Translations under genes and position numbers: made by a program
Part shown: positions 26,101 through 41,100 of the stretch, one piece after another
Numbering within the stretch: the stretch's first letter is position 1
Layout: each line of letters opens with the position of its first letter
The notes under the pieces: generated by a model
Databases searched by the model: none
The model's input: the letters and a program-made list of their open reading frames with translations, nothing else
What the model was told of the DNA's origin: nothing
Assembly (NCBI GenBank): GCA_964016885.1
Contig: OZ024752.1
Coordinates: 33,914,001 to 33,978,000 of the forward strand
Length of the DNA: 64,000 nucleotides
From: Eledone cirrhosa
Taxonomy: Eukaryota
Direction: 5' to 3'

Positions 26101-29100
26101 ATGTGTTTAATCCTTTCATTACTGTATGTCTAATAAAAGACACAGTCTATGTGTTTAACCGTTTCATTACTGTACGTCTAATGAAAGACACAGTCTATGT
26201 GTTTAACCCTTTCATTACTGTATGTCTTATGAAAGACACTGTCTATGTTGAATCCTTTCATTACTGTATGTCTAATGAAAGACACTGTTTATGTGTTTAA
26301 TCCTTTCATTACTGTATGTCTAATGAAAGACACTGTCTATGTCTTTAACACTTTCATTACTGTATGTCTAATAAAAGGGACTGTCTATGTGTTTAACCCT
26401 TTCATTACTGTATGTCTAATGAAAGACACTGTCTATGTGTTTAACCCTTTCATTACTGTATGTCTAATGAAAGACACTGTCTATGTATTTAATCCTTTCA
26501 TTACTGTATGTCTAATGAAAGACACTGTCTATGTGTTTAACCCTTTCATTACTGTATATCTAATGAAAGACACTGTCTATGTCTTTAACCCTTTCATTAC
26601 TGTATGTCTAATGAAAGACACTGTCTGTGTTTAACCCTTTCATTACTGTATGTCTAATGAAAGACACTGTCTATGTATTTAATCCTTTCATTACTGTATG
26701 TCTAATGAAAGACACTGTCTATGTCTTTAACCCTTTCATTACTGTATGTCTAATGAAAGACACTGTCTGTGTTTAACCCTTTCATTACTGTATGTCTAAT
26801 GAAAGACACAGTCTATGTGTTTAATCCTTTCATTACTGTATGTCTAATGAAAGACACTGTCTATGTGTTTAACCCTTTCATTACTGTATGTCTAATGAAA
26901 GACACTGTCTATGTATTTAATCCTTTCATTACTGTATGTCTAATAAAAGGGACTGTCTATGTGTTTAACCCTTTCATTACTGTATGTCTAATGAAAGACA
27001 CTGTCTATGTCTTTAACCCTTTCATTACTGTATGTCTAATGAAAGACACTGTCTGTGTTTAACCCTTTCATTACTGTATGTCTAATGAAAGACACTGTCT
27101 ATGTGTTTAATCCTTTCATTACTGTATGTCTAATGAAAGACACTGTCTATGTCTTCAACCCTTTCATTACTGTATGTCTAATGAAAGACACTGTCTGTGT
27201 TTAACCCTTTCATTACTGTATGTCTAATGAAAGACACTGTCTATGTGTTTAACCCTTTCATTACTGTATTTCTAATGAAAGACACTGTCTATGTGTTTAA
27301 TCCTTTCATTACTGTATGTCTAATGAAAGACACTGTCTATGTGTTTAACCCTTTCATTACTGTATATCTAATGAAAGACACTGTCTATGTGTTTAACCCT
27401 TTCATTATTGTATGTCTAATGAAAGACACTGTCTATGTGTTTAAGCCTTTCATTACTGTATGTCTAATGAAAGACACTGTCTATGTGTTTTACCATTTCA
27501 TTACTGTATGTCTAATGAAAGACACTGTCTATGTGTTTAACCCTTTCATTACTGTATGTCTAATGAAAGACACTGTCTGTGTTTAACCCTTTCATTACTG
27601 TATGTCTAATGAAAGACACAGTCTATGTGTTTAATCCTTTCATTACTGTATGTCTAATGAAAGACACTGTCTATGTGTTTAACCCTTTCATTACTGTATG
27701 TCTATTGAAAGACACTGTCTATGTTGAATCCTTTCATTACTGTATGTCTAATGAAAGACACTGTTTATGTGTTTAATCCTTTCATTACTGTATGTCTAAT
27801 AAAAGGGACTGTCTATGTGTTTAACCCTTTCATTACTGTATGTCTAATGAAAGACACTGTCTATGTATTTAATCCTTTCATTACTGTATGTCTAATAAAA
27901 GGGACTGTCTATGTGTTTAACCCTTTCATTACTGTATGTCTAATGAAAGACACTGTCTATGTCTTTAACCCTTTCATTACTGTATGTCTAATGAAAGACA
28001 CTGTCTGTGTTTAACCCTTTCATTACTGTATGTCTAATGAAAGACACTGTCTATGTGTTTAATCCTTTCATTACTGTATGTCTAATGAAAGACACTGTCT
28101 ATGTCTTCAACCCTTTCATTACTGTATGTCTAATGAAAGACACTGTCTGTGTTTAACCCTTTCATTACTGTATGTCTAATGAAAGACACTGTCTATGTGT
28201 TTAACCCTTTCATTACTGTATTTCTAATGAAAGACACTGTCTATGTGTTTAATCCTTTCATTACTGTATGTCTAATGAAAGACACTGTCTATGTGTTTAA
28301 CCCTTTCATTACTGTATATCTAATGAAAGACACTGTCTATGTGTTTAACCCTTTCATTATTGTATGTCTAATGAAAGACACTGTCTATGTGTTTAAGCCT
28401 TTCATTACTGTATGTCTAATGAAAGACACTGTCTATGTGTTTTACCATTTCATTACTGTATGTCTAATGAAAGACACTGTCTATGTGTTTAACCCTTTCA
28501 TTACTGTATGTCTAATGAAAGAAACTGTCTATGTCTTTAACCCTTTCATTACTGTATGTCTAATGAAAGACACTGTCTATGTCTTTAACCCTTTCATTAC
28601 TGTATGTCTAATGAAAGACACTGTCTATGTCTTTAACCCTTTATTTACTGTATTTGTAATGAAAGACACTGTCTATGTGTTTAATCCTTTCATTACTGTA
28701 TGTCTAATGAAAGACACTGTTTATGTGTTTAATCCTTTCATTACTGTATGTCTAATAAAAGGGACTGTCTATGTGTTTAACCCTTTCATTACTGTATGTC
28801 TAATGAAAGACACTGTCTATGTATTTAATCCTTTCATTACTGTATGTCTAATAAAAGGGACTGTCTATGTGTTTAACCCTTTCATTACTGTATGTCTAAT
28901 GAAAGACACTGTCTATGTCTTTAACCCTTTCATTACTGTATGTCTAATGAAAGACACTGTCTGTGTTTAACCCTTTCATTACTGTATGTCTAATGAAAGA
29001 CACTGTCTATGTGTTTAATCCTTTCATTACTGTATGTCTAATGAAAGACACTGTCTATGTCTTCAACCCTTTCATTACTGTATGTCTAATGAAAGACACT

Positions 29101-32100
29101 GTCTGTGTTTAACCCTTTCATTACTGTATGTCTAATGAAAGACACTGTCTATGTGTTTAACCCTTTCATTACTGTATTTCTAATGAAAGACACTGTCTAT
29201 GTGTTTAATCCTTTCATTACTGTATGTCTAATGAAAGACACTGTCTATGTGTTTAACCCTTTCATTACTGTATATCTAATGAAAGACACTGTCTATGTGT
29301 TTAACCCTTTCATTATTGTATGTCTAATGAAAGACACTGTCTATGTGTTTAAGCCTTTCATTACTCTATGTCTAATGAAAGACACTGTCTATGTGTTTTA
29401 CCATTTCATTACTGTATGTCTAATGAAAGACACTGTCTATGTGTTTAACCCTTTCATTACTGTATGTCTAATGAAAGAAACTGTCTATGTCTTTAACCCT
29501 TTCATTACTGTATGTCTAATGAAAGACACTGTCTATGTCTTTAACCCTTTCATTACTGTATGTCTAATGAAAGACACTGTCTATGTCTTTAACCCTTTAT
29601 TTACTGTATTTGTAATGAAAGACACTGTCTATGTGTTTAATCCTTTCATTACTGTATGTCTAATGAAAGACACTGTCTATGTGTTTAACCCTTTCATTAC
29701 TGTATGTCTAATGAAAGAAACTGTCTATGTCTTTAACCCTTTCATTACTGTATGTCTAATGAAAGACACTGTCTATGTCTTTAACCCTTTCATTACTGTA
29801 TGTCTACTGAAAGACACTGTCTATGTCTTTAACCCTTTATTTACTGTATTTGTAATGAAAGACACTGTCTATGTGTTTAACCCTTTCATTACTGTATGTC
29901 TAATGAAAGACACTGTCTATGTATTTAATCCTTTCATTACTGTATGTCTAATGAAAGACACAGTCTATGTGTTTAATCCTTTCATTACTGTATGTCTAAT
30001 GAAAGACACTGTCTATGTGTTTAACCCTTTCATTACTGTATGTCTAATGAAAGACACAGTCTATGTGTTTAATCCTTTCATTACTGTATGTCTAATGAAA
30101 GACACAGTCTATGTGTTTAATCCTTTCATTACTGTATGTCTAATAAAAGACACTGTCTATGTGTTTAACCCTTTCATTACTGTATGTCTAATGAAATACA
30201 CAGTCTATGTGTTTAACCCTTTTATTACTGTATGTCTAATGAAAGACACAGTCTATGTGTTTAATCCTTTCATTACTGTATGTCTAATGAAAGACACTGT
30301 CTATGTGTTTAACCCTTTCATTACTGTATGTCTAATGAAAGCCCTTTCATTACTGTATTTCTAATGAAAGACACTGTCTATGTGTTTAATCCTTTCATTA
30401 CTGTATGTCTAATGAAAGACACTGTCTATGTGTTTAATCCTTTCATTGCTGTATGTCTAATGAAAGACACTGTCTATGTGTTTAACCCTTTCATTACTGT
30501 ATGTCTATTGAAAGACACTGTCTATGTGTTTAATCCTTTCATTACTGTATGTCTAATGAAAGACACAGTCTATGTGTTTAATCCATTCATTACTGTATGT
30601 CTAATGAAAGACACAGTCTGTCTTTAACCCTTTCATTACTGTATGTCTAATGAAAGACACTGTCTGTGTGTTTAACCCTTTCATTACTGTATGTCTAATG
30701 AAAGACACAGTCTATGTATTTAATCCTTTCATTACTGTATGTCTAATGAAAGACACTGTCTATGTCTTTAATCCTTTCATTACTGTATGTCTAATAAAAG
30801 GGACTGTCTATGTGTTTAACTCTTTCATGACTGTAGGTCTAATGAAAGACACTGTCTATGTGTTTAACCCTTTCATTACTGTATGTCTAATGAAAGACAC
30901 TGTCTATGTATTTAATCCTTTCATTACTGTATGTCTAATGAAAGACACTGTCTGTGTTTAACCCTTTCATTACTGTATGTCTAATGAAAGACACAGTCTA
31001 TGTGTTTAATCCTTTCATTACTGTATGTCTAATGAAAGACACAGTCTATGTGTTTAATCCTTTCATTACTGTATGTCTAATGAAAGACACAGTCTGTGTT
31101 TAACCCTTTCATTACTGTATGTCTAATGAAAGACACTGTCTGTGTGTTTAACCCTTTCATTACTGTATGTCGAATGAAAGACACAGTCTATGTGTTTAAT
31201 CCTTTCATTACTGTATGTCTAATAAAAGACACAGTCTATGTGTTTAACCGTTTCATTACTGTATGTCTAATGAAAGACACAGTCTATGTGTTTAACCCTT
31301 TCATTACTGTATGTCTTATGAAAGACACTGTCTATGTTGAATCCTTTCATTACTGTATGTCTAATGAAAGACACTGTTTATGTGTTTAATCCTTTCATTA
31401 CTGTATGTCTAATGAAAGACACTGTCTATGTCTTTAACACTTTCATTACTGTATGTCTAATAAAAGGGACTGTCTATGTGTTTAACCCTTTCATTACTGT
31501 ATGTCTAATGAAAGACACTGTCTATGTGTTTAACCCTTTCATTACTGTATGTCTAATGAAAGACACTGTCTATGTATTTAATCCTTTCATTACTGTATGT
31601 CTAATGAAAGACACTGTCTATGTGTTTAACCCTTTCATTACTGTATATCTAATGAAAGACACTGTCTATGTGTTTAACCCTTTCATTACTGTATGTCTAA
31701 TGAAAGACACTGTCTGTGTTTAACCCTTTCATTACTGTATGTCTAATGAAAGACACTGTCTATGTATTTAATCCTTTCATTACTGTATGTCTAATGAAAG
31801 ACACTGTCTATGTCTTTAACCCTTTCATTACTGTATGTCTAATGAAAGACACTGTCTGTGTTTAACCCTTTCATTACTGTATGTCTAATGAAAGACACAG
31901 TCTATGTGTTTAATCCTTTCATTACTGTATGTCTAATGAAAGACACTGTCTATGTGTTTAACCCTTTCATTACTGTATGTCTATTGAAAGACACTGTCTA
32001 TGTTGAATCCTTTCATTACTGTATGTCTAATGAAAGACACTGTTTATGTGTTTAATCCTTTCATTACTGTATGTCTAATAAAAGGGACTGTCTATGTGTT

Positions 32101-32175
32101 TAACCCTTTCATTACTGTATGTCTAATGAAAGACACTGTCTATGTATTTAATCCTTTCATTACTGTATGTCTAAT
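19781..32175. repeat. Near-identical 6183-bp tandem duplication (19781-25963 and 25964-32146)
   Basis: Every ORF from 19824 to 25817 has a partner starting exactly 6183 bp downstream (26007...32000). Private variants are shared, such as ATCCATTC near 24400 and 30583, and AAGCCTTTCATTACTCT near 23170 and 29353. Confidence 0.93.
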
Positions 32176-35100
32176 AAAAGGGACTGTCTATGTGTTTAAC
32201 CCTTTCATTACTGTATGTCTAATGAAAGACACTGTCTATGTCTTTAACCCTTTCATTACTGTATGTCTAATGAAAGACACTGTCTGTGTTTAACCCTTGC
32301 ATTACTGTATGTCTAATGAAAGACACTGTCTATGTGTTTAATCCTTTCATTACTGTATGTCTAATGAAAGACACTGTCTATGTCTTCAACCCTTTCATTA
32401 CTGTATGTCTAATGAAAGACACTGTCTGTGTTTAACCCTTTCATTACTGTATGTCTAATGAAAGACACTGTCTATGTGTTTAACCCTTTCATTACTGTAT
32501 TTCTAATGAAAGACACTGTCTATGTGTTTAATCCTTTCATTACTGTATGTCTAATGAAAGACACTGTCTATGTGTTTAACCCTTTCATTACTGTATATCT
32601 AATGAAAGACACTGTCTATGTGTTTAACCCTTTCATTATTGTATGTCTAATGAAAGACACTGTCTATGTGTTTAAGCCTTTCATTACTGTATGTCTAATG
32701 AAAGACACTGTCTATGTGTTTTACCATTTCATTACTGTATGTCTAATGAAAGACACTGTCTATGTGTTTAACCCTTTCATTACTGTATGTCTAATGAAAG
32801 ACACTGTCTATGTCTTTAACCCTTTCATTACTGTATGTCTAATGAAAGACACTGTCTATGTCTTTAACCCTTTCATTACTGTATGTCTAATGAAAGACAC
32901 TGTCTATGTCTTTAACCCTTTATTTACTGTATTTGTAATGAAAGACACTGTCTATGTGTTTAATCCTTTCATTACTGTATGTCTAATGAAAGACACTGTC
33001 TATGTGTTTAACCCTTTCATTACTGTATGTCTAATGAAAGAAACTGTCTATGTGTTTAACCCTTTCATTACTGTATGTCTATTGAAAGACACTGTCTATG
33101 TTGAATCCTTTCATTACTGTATGTCTAATGAAAGACACTGTTTATGTGTTTAATCCTTTCATTACTGTATGTCTAATAAAAGGGACTGTCTATGTGTTTA
33201 ACCCTTTCATTACTGTATGTCTAATGAAAGACACTGTCTATGTGTTTAACCCTTTCATTACTGTATGTCTAATGAAAGACACTGTCTATGTGTTTAACCC
33301 TTTCATTACTGTATGTCTAATGAAAGACACTGTCTATGTATTTAATCCTTTCATTACTGTATGTCTAATGAAAGACACTGTCTATGTGTTTAACCCTTTC
33401 ATTACTGTATGTCTAATGAAAGACACTGTCTATGTGTTTAACCCTTTCATTACTGTATATCTAATGAAAGACACTGTCTATGTGTTTAATCCTTTCATTA
33501 CTGTATGTCTAATGAAAGACACTGTCTATGTGTTTAACCCTTTCATTACTGTATGTCTAATGAAAGACACTGTCTATGTGTTTTACCATTTCATTACTGT
33601 ATGTCTAATGAAAGACACTGTCTATGTGTTTAACCCTTTCATTACTGTATGTCTAATGAAATAAACTGTCTATGTCTTTAATCCTTTCATTACTGTATGT
33701 CTAATGAAAGACACTGTCTATGTCTTTAACCCTTTCATTACTGTATGTCTAATGAAAGACACTGTCTATGTCTTTAACCCTTTATTTACTGTATTTGTAA
33801 TGAAAGACACTGTCTATGTGTTTAATCCTTTCATTACTGTATGTCTAATGAAAGACACTGTCTATGTGTTTAACCCTTTCATTACTGTATGTCTAATGAA
33901 AGAAACTGTCTATGTCTTTAACCCTTTCATTACTGTATGTCTAATGAAAGACACTATGTCTTTAACCCTTTCATTACTGTATGTCTAATGAAAGACACTG
34001 TCTATGTCTTTAACCCTTTATTTACTGTATTTGTAATGAAAGACACTGTCTATGTGTTTAATTCTTTCATTACTGTATGTCTATTGAAAGACACTGTCTA
34101 TGTTTAATACTTTCATTACTGTATGTCTAATGAAAGACACTGTTTATGTGTTTAATCCTTTCATTACTGTATGTCTAATGAAAGACACTGTTATGTGTTT
34201 AATCCTTTCATTACTGTATGTCTAATAAAAGGGACTGTCTATGTGTTTAACTCTTTCATTACTGTAGGTCTAATGAAAGACACTGTCTATGTGTTTAACC
34301 CTTTCATTACTGTATGTCTAATGAAAGACACTGTCTATGTATTTAATCCTTTCATTACTGTATGTCTAATGAAAGACACTGTCTATGTCTTTAACCCTTT
34401 CATTACTGTATGTCTAATGAAAGACACTGTCTGTGTTTAACCCTTTCATTACTGTATGTCTAATGAAAGACATTGTCTGTGTGTTTAACCCTTTCATTAC
34501 TGTATGTCTAATGAAAGACACTGTCTATGTATTTAATCCTTTCATTACTGTATGTCTAATGAAAGACACAGTCTATGTGTTTAATCCTTTCATTACTGTA
34601 TGTCTAATGAAAGACACAGTCTATGTGTTTAATCCTTTCATTACTGTATGTCTAATGAAAGACACTGTCTATGTGTTTAACCCTTTCATTACTGTATGTC
34701 TAATGAAAGCCCTTTCATTACTGTATTTCTAATGAAAGACACTGTCTATGTGTTTAATCCTTTCATGACTGTATGTCTAATGAAAGACACTGTCTATGTG
34801 TTTAATCCTTTCATTACTGTATGTCTAATGAAAGACACTGTCTATGTGTTTAACCCTTTCATTACTGTATGTCTATTGAAAGACACAGTCTATGTGTTTA
34901 ATCCTTTCATTACTGTATGTCTAATGAAAGACACTGTCTATGTGTTTAACCCTTTCATTACTGTATGTCTAATGAAAGCCCTTTCATTACTGTATTTCTA
35001 ATGAAAGACACTGTCTATGTGTTTAATCCTTTCATTACTGTATGTCTAATGAAAGACACTGTCTATGTGTTTAACCCTTTCATTACTGTATGTCTATTGA

Positions 35101-38100
35101 AAGACACTGTCTATGTTGAATCCTTTCATTACTGTATGTCTAATGAAAGACACTGTTTATGTGTTTAATCCTTTCATTACTGTATGTCTAATAAAAGGGA
35201 CTGTCTATGTGTTTAACCCTTTCATTACTGTATGTCTAATGAAAGACACTGTCTATGTGTTTAACCCTTTCATTACTGTATGTCTAATGAAAGACACTGT
35301 CTATGTATTTAATCCTTTCATTACTGTATGTCTAATGAAAGACACTGTCTATGTGTTTAACCCTTTCATTACTGTATATCTAATGAAAGACACTGTCTAT
35401 GTGTTTAACCCTTTCATTACTGTATGTCTAATGAAAGACAGTGTCTATGTGTTTAACCCTTTCATTACTGTATGTCTAATGAAAGACACTGTCTATGTGT
35501 TTTACCATTTCATTACTGTATGTCTAATGAAAGACACTGTCTATGTGTTTAACCCTTTCATTACTGTATGTCTAATGAAATAAACTGTCTATGTCTTTAA
35601 TCCTTTCATTACTGTATGTCTAATGAAAGACACTGTCTATGTCTTTAACCCTTTCATTACTGTATGTCTAATGAAAGACACTGTCTATGTCTTTAACCCT
35701 TTATTTACTGTATTTGTAATGAAAGACACTGTCTATGTGTTTAATCCTTTCATTACTGTATGTCTAATGAAAGACACTGTCTATGTGTTTAACCCTTTCA
35801 TTACTGTATGTCTAATGAAAGAAACTGTCTATGTCTTTAACCCTTTCATTACTGTATGTCTAATGAAAGACACTGTCTATGTCTTTAACCCTTTCATTAC
35901 TGTATGTCTAATGAAAGACACTGTCTATGTCTTTAACCCTTTATTTACTGTATTTGTAATGAAAGACACTGTCTATGTGTTTAATTCTTTCATTACTGTA
36001 TGTCTATTGAAAGACACTGTCTATGTTTAATACTTTCATTACTGTATGTCTAATGAAAGACACTGTTTATGTGTTTAATCCTTTCATTACTGTATGTCTA
36101 ATGAAAGACACTGTTATGTGTTTAATCCTTTCATTACTGTATGTCTAATAAAAGGGACTGTCTATGTGTTTAACTCTTTCATTACTGTAGGTCTAATGAA
36201 AGACACTGTCTATGTGTTTAACCCTTTCATTACTGTATGTCTAATGAAAGACACTGTCTATGTATTTAATCCTTTCATTACTGTATGTCTAATGAAAGAC
36301 ACTGTCTATGTCTTTAACCCTTTCATTACTGTATGTCTAATGAAAGACACTGTCTGTGTTTAACCCTTTCATTACTGTATGTCTAATGAAAGACATTGTC
36401 TGTGTGTTTAACCCTTTCATTACTGTATGTCTAATGAAAGACACTGTCTATGTATTTAATCCTTTCATTACTGTATGTCTAATGAAAGACACTGTCTATG
36501 TCTTTAACCCTTTCATTACTGTATGTCTAATGAAAGACACTGTCTGTGTTTAACCCTTTCATTACTGTATGTCTAATGAAAGACACTGTCTATGTGTTTA
36601 ATCCTTTCATTACTGTATGTCTAATGAAAGACACTGTCTATGTCTTCAACCCTTTCATTACTGTATGTCTAATGAAAGACACTGTCTGTGTTTAACCCTT
36701 TCATTACTGTATGTCTAATGAAAGACACTGTCTATGTGTTTAACCCTTTCATTACTGTATTTCTAATGAAAGACACTGTCTATGTGTTTAATCCTTTCAT
36801 TACTGTATGTCTAATGAAAGACACTGTCTATGTGTTTAACCCTTTCATTACTGTATATCTAATGAAAGACACTGTCTATGTGTTTAACCCTTTCATTATT
36901 GTATGTCTAATGAAAGACACTGTCTATGTGTTTAAGCCTTTCATTACTGTATGTCTAATGAAAGACACTGTCTATGTGTTTTACCATTTCATTACTGTAT
37001 GTCTAATGAAAGACACTGTCTATGTGTTTAACCCTTTCATTACTGTATGTCTAATGAAAGACACTGTCTGTGTTTAACCCTTTCATTACTGTATGTCTAA
37101 TGAAAGACACAGTCTATGTGTTTAATCCTTTCATTACTGTATGTCTAATGAAAGACACTGTCTATGTGTTTAACCCTTTCATTACTGTATGTCTATTGAA
37201 AGACACTGTCTATGTTGAATCCTTTCATTACTGTATGTCTAATGAAAGACACTGTTTATGTGTTTAATCCTTTCATTACTGTATGTCTAATAAAAGGGAC
37301 TGTCTATGTGTTTAACCCTTTCATTACTGTATGTCTAATGAAAGACACTGTCTATGCATTTAATCCTTTCATTACTGTATGTCTAATAAAAGGGACTGTC
37401 TATGTGTTTAACCCTTTCATTACTGTATGTCTAATGAAAGACACTGTCTATGTCTTTAACCCTTTCATTACTGTATGTCTAATGAAAGACACTGTCTGTG
37501 TTTAACCCTTTCATTACTGTATGTCTAATGAAAGACACTGTCTATGTGTTTAATCCTTTCATTACTGTATGTCTAATGAAAGACACTGTCTATGTCTTCA
37601 ACCCTTTCATTACTGTATGTCTAATGAAAGACACTGTCTGTGTTTAACCCTTTCATTACTGTATGTCTAATGAAAGACACTGTCTATGTGTTTAACCCTT
37701 TCATTACTGTATTTCTAATGAAAGACACTGTCTATGTGTTTAATCCTTTCATTACTGTATGTCTAATGAAAGACACTGTCTATGTGTTTAACCCTTTCAT
37801 TACTGTATATCTAATGAAAGACACTGTCTATGTGTTTAACCCTTTCATTATTGTATGTCTAATGAAAGACACTGTCTATGTGTTTAAGCCTTTCATTACT
37901 GTATGTCTAATGAAAGACACTGTCTATGTGTTTTACCATTTCATTACTGTATGTCTAATGAAAGACACTGTCTATGTGTTTAACCCTTTCATTACTGTAT
38001 GTCTAATGAAAGAAACTGTCTATGTCTTTAACCCTTTCATTACTGTATGTCTAATGAAAGACACTGTCTATGTCTTTAACCCTTTCATTACTGTATGTCT

Positions 38101-41100
38101 AATGAAAGACACTGTCTATGTCTTTAACCCTTTATTTACTGTATTTGTAATGAAAGACACTGTCTATGTGTTTAATCCTTTCATTACTGTATGTCTAATG
38201 AAAGACACTGTTTATGTGTTTAATCCTTTCATTACTGTATGTCTAATAAAAGGGACTGTCTATGTGTTTAACCCTTTCATTACTGTATGTCTAATGAAAG
38301 ACACTGTCTATGTATTTAATCCTTTCATTACTGTATGTCTAATAAAAGGGACTGTCTATGTGTTTAACCCTTTCATTACTGTATGTCTAATGAAAGACAC
38401 TGTCTATGTCTTTAACCCTTTCATTACTGTATGTCTAATGAAAGACACTGTCTGTGTTTAACCCTTTCATTACTGTATGTCTAATGAAAGACACTGTCTA
38501 TGTGTTTAATCCTTTCATTACTGTATGTCTAATGAAAGACACTGTCTATGTCTTCAACCCTTTCATTACTGTATGTCTAATGAAAGACACTGTCTGTGTT
38601 TAACCCTTTCATTACTGTATGTCTAATGAAAGACACTGTCTATGTGTTTAACCCTTTCATTACTGTATTTCTAATGAAAGACACTGTCTATGTGTTTAAT
38701 CCTTTCATTACTGTATGTCTAATGAAAGACACTGTCTATGTGTTTAACCCTTTCATTACTGTATATCTAATGAAAGACACTGTCTATGTGTTTAACCCTT
38801 TCATTATTGTATGTCTAATGAAAGACACTGTCTATGTGTTTAAGCCTTTCATTACTGTATGTCTAATGAAAGACACTGTCTATGTGTTTTACCATTTCAT
38901 TACTGTATGTCTAATGAAAGACACTGTCTATGTGTTTAACCCTTTCATTACTGTATGTCTAATGAAAGAAACTGTCTGTCTTTAACCCTTTCATTACTGT
39001 ATGTCTAATGAAAGACACTGTCTATGTCTTTAACCCTTTCATTACTGTATGTCTAATGAAAGACACTGTCTATGTCTTTAACCCTTTATTTACTGTATTT
39101 GTAATGAAAGACACTGTCTATGTGTTTAATCCTTTCATTACTGTATGTCTAATGAAAGACACTGTCTATGTGTTTAACCCTTTCATTACTGTATGTCTAA
39201 TGAAAGAAACTGTCTATGTCTTTAACCCTTTCATTACTGTATGTCTAATGAAAGACACTGTCTATGTCTTTAACCCTTTCATTACTGTATGTCTACTGAA
39301 AGACACTGTCTATGTCTTTAACCCTTTATTTACTGTATTTGTAATGAAAGACACTGTCTATGTGTTTAACCCTTTCATTACTGTATGTCTAATGAAAGAC
39401 ACTGTCTATGTATTTAATCCTTTCATTACTGTATGTCTAATGAAAGACACAGTCTATGTGTTTAATCCTTTCATTACTGTATGTCTAATGAAAGACACTG
39501 TCTATGTGTTTAACCCTTTCATTACTGTATGTCTAATGAAAGACACAGTCTATGTGTTTAATCCTTTCATTACTGTATGTCTAATGAAAGACACAGTCTA
39601 TGTGTTTAATCCTTTCATTACTGTATGTCTAATGAAAGACACTGTCTATGTGTTTAACCCTTTCATTACTGTATGTCTAATGAAATACACAGTCTATGTG
39701 TTTAACCCTTTTATTACTGTATGTCTAATGAAAGACACAGTCTATGTGTTTAATCCTTTCATTACTGTATGTCTAATGAAAGACACTGTCTATGTGTTTA
39801 ACCCTTTCATTACTGTATGTCTAATGAAAGCCCTTTCATTACTGTATTTCTAATGAAAGACACTGTCTATGTGTTTAATCCTTTCATTACTGTATGTCTA
39901 ATGAAAGACACTGTCTATGTGTTTAATCCTTTCATTGCTGTATGTCTAATGAAAGACACTGTCTATGTGTTTAACCCTTTCATTACTGTATGTCTATTGA
40001 AAGACACTGTCTATGTGTTTAATCCTTTCATTACTGTATGTCTAATGAAAGACACAGTCTATGTGTTTAATCCTTTCATTACTGTATGTCTAATGAAAGA
40101 CACAGTCTGTCTTTAACCCTTTCATTACTGTATGTCTAATGAAAGACACTGTCTGTGTGTTTAACCCTTTCATTACTGTATGTCTAATGAAAGACACAGT
40201 CTATGTATTTAATCCTTTCATTACTGTATGTCTAATGAAAGACACTGTCTATGTCTTTAATCCTTTCATTACTGTATGTCTAATAAAAGGGACTGTCTAT
40301 GTGTTTAACTCTTTCATGACTGTAGGTCTAATGAAAGACACTGTCTATGTGTTTAACCCTTTCATTACTGTATGTCTAATGAAAGACACTGTCTATGTAT
40401 TTAATCCTTTCATTACTGTATGTCTAATGAAAGACACTGTCTGTGTTTAACCCTTTCATTACTGTATGTCTAATGAAAGACACAGTCTATGTGTTTAATC
40501 CTTTCATTACTGTATGTCTAATGAAAGACACAGTCTGTGTTTAACCCTTTCATTACTGTATGTCTAATGAAAGACACTGTCTGTGTGTTTAACCCTTTCA
40601 TTACTGTATGTCGAATGAAAGACACAGTCTATGTGTTTAATCCTTTCATTACTGTATGTCTAATAAAAGACACAGTCTATGTGTTTAACCGTTTCATTAC
40701 TGTATGTCTAATGAAAGACACAGTCTATGTGTTTAACCCTTTCATTACTGTATGTCTTATGAAAGACACTGTCTATGTTGAATCCTTTCATTACTGTATG
40801 TCTAATGAAAGACACTGTTTATGTGTTTAATCCTTTCATTACTGTATGTCTAATGAAAGACACTGTCTATGACTTTAACACTTTCATTACTGTATGTCTA
40901 ATAAAAGGGACTGTCTATGTGTTTAACCCTTTCATTACTGTATGTCTAATGAAAGACGCTGTCTATGTGTTTAACCCTTTCATTACTGTATGTCTAATGA
41001 AAGACACTGTCTATGTATTTAATCCTTTCATTACTGTATGTCTAATGAAAGACACTGTCTATGTGTTTAACCCTTTCATTACTGTATATCTAATGAAAGA

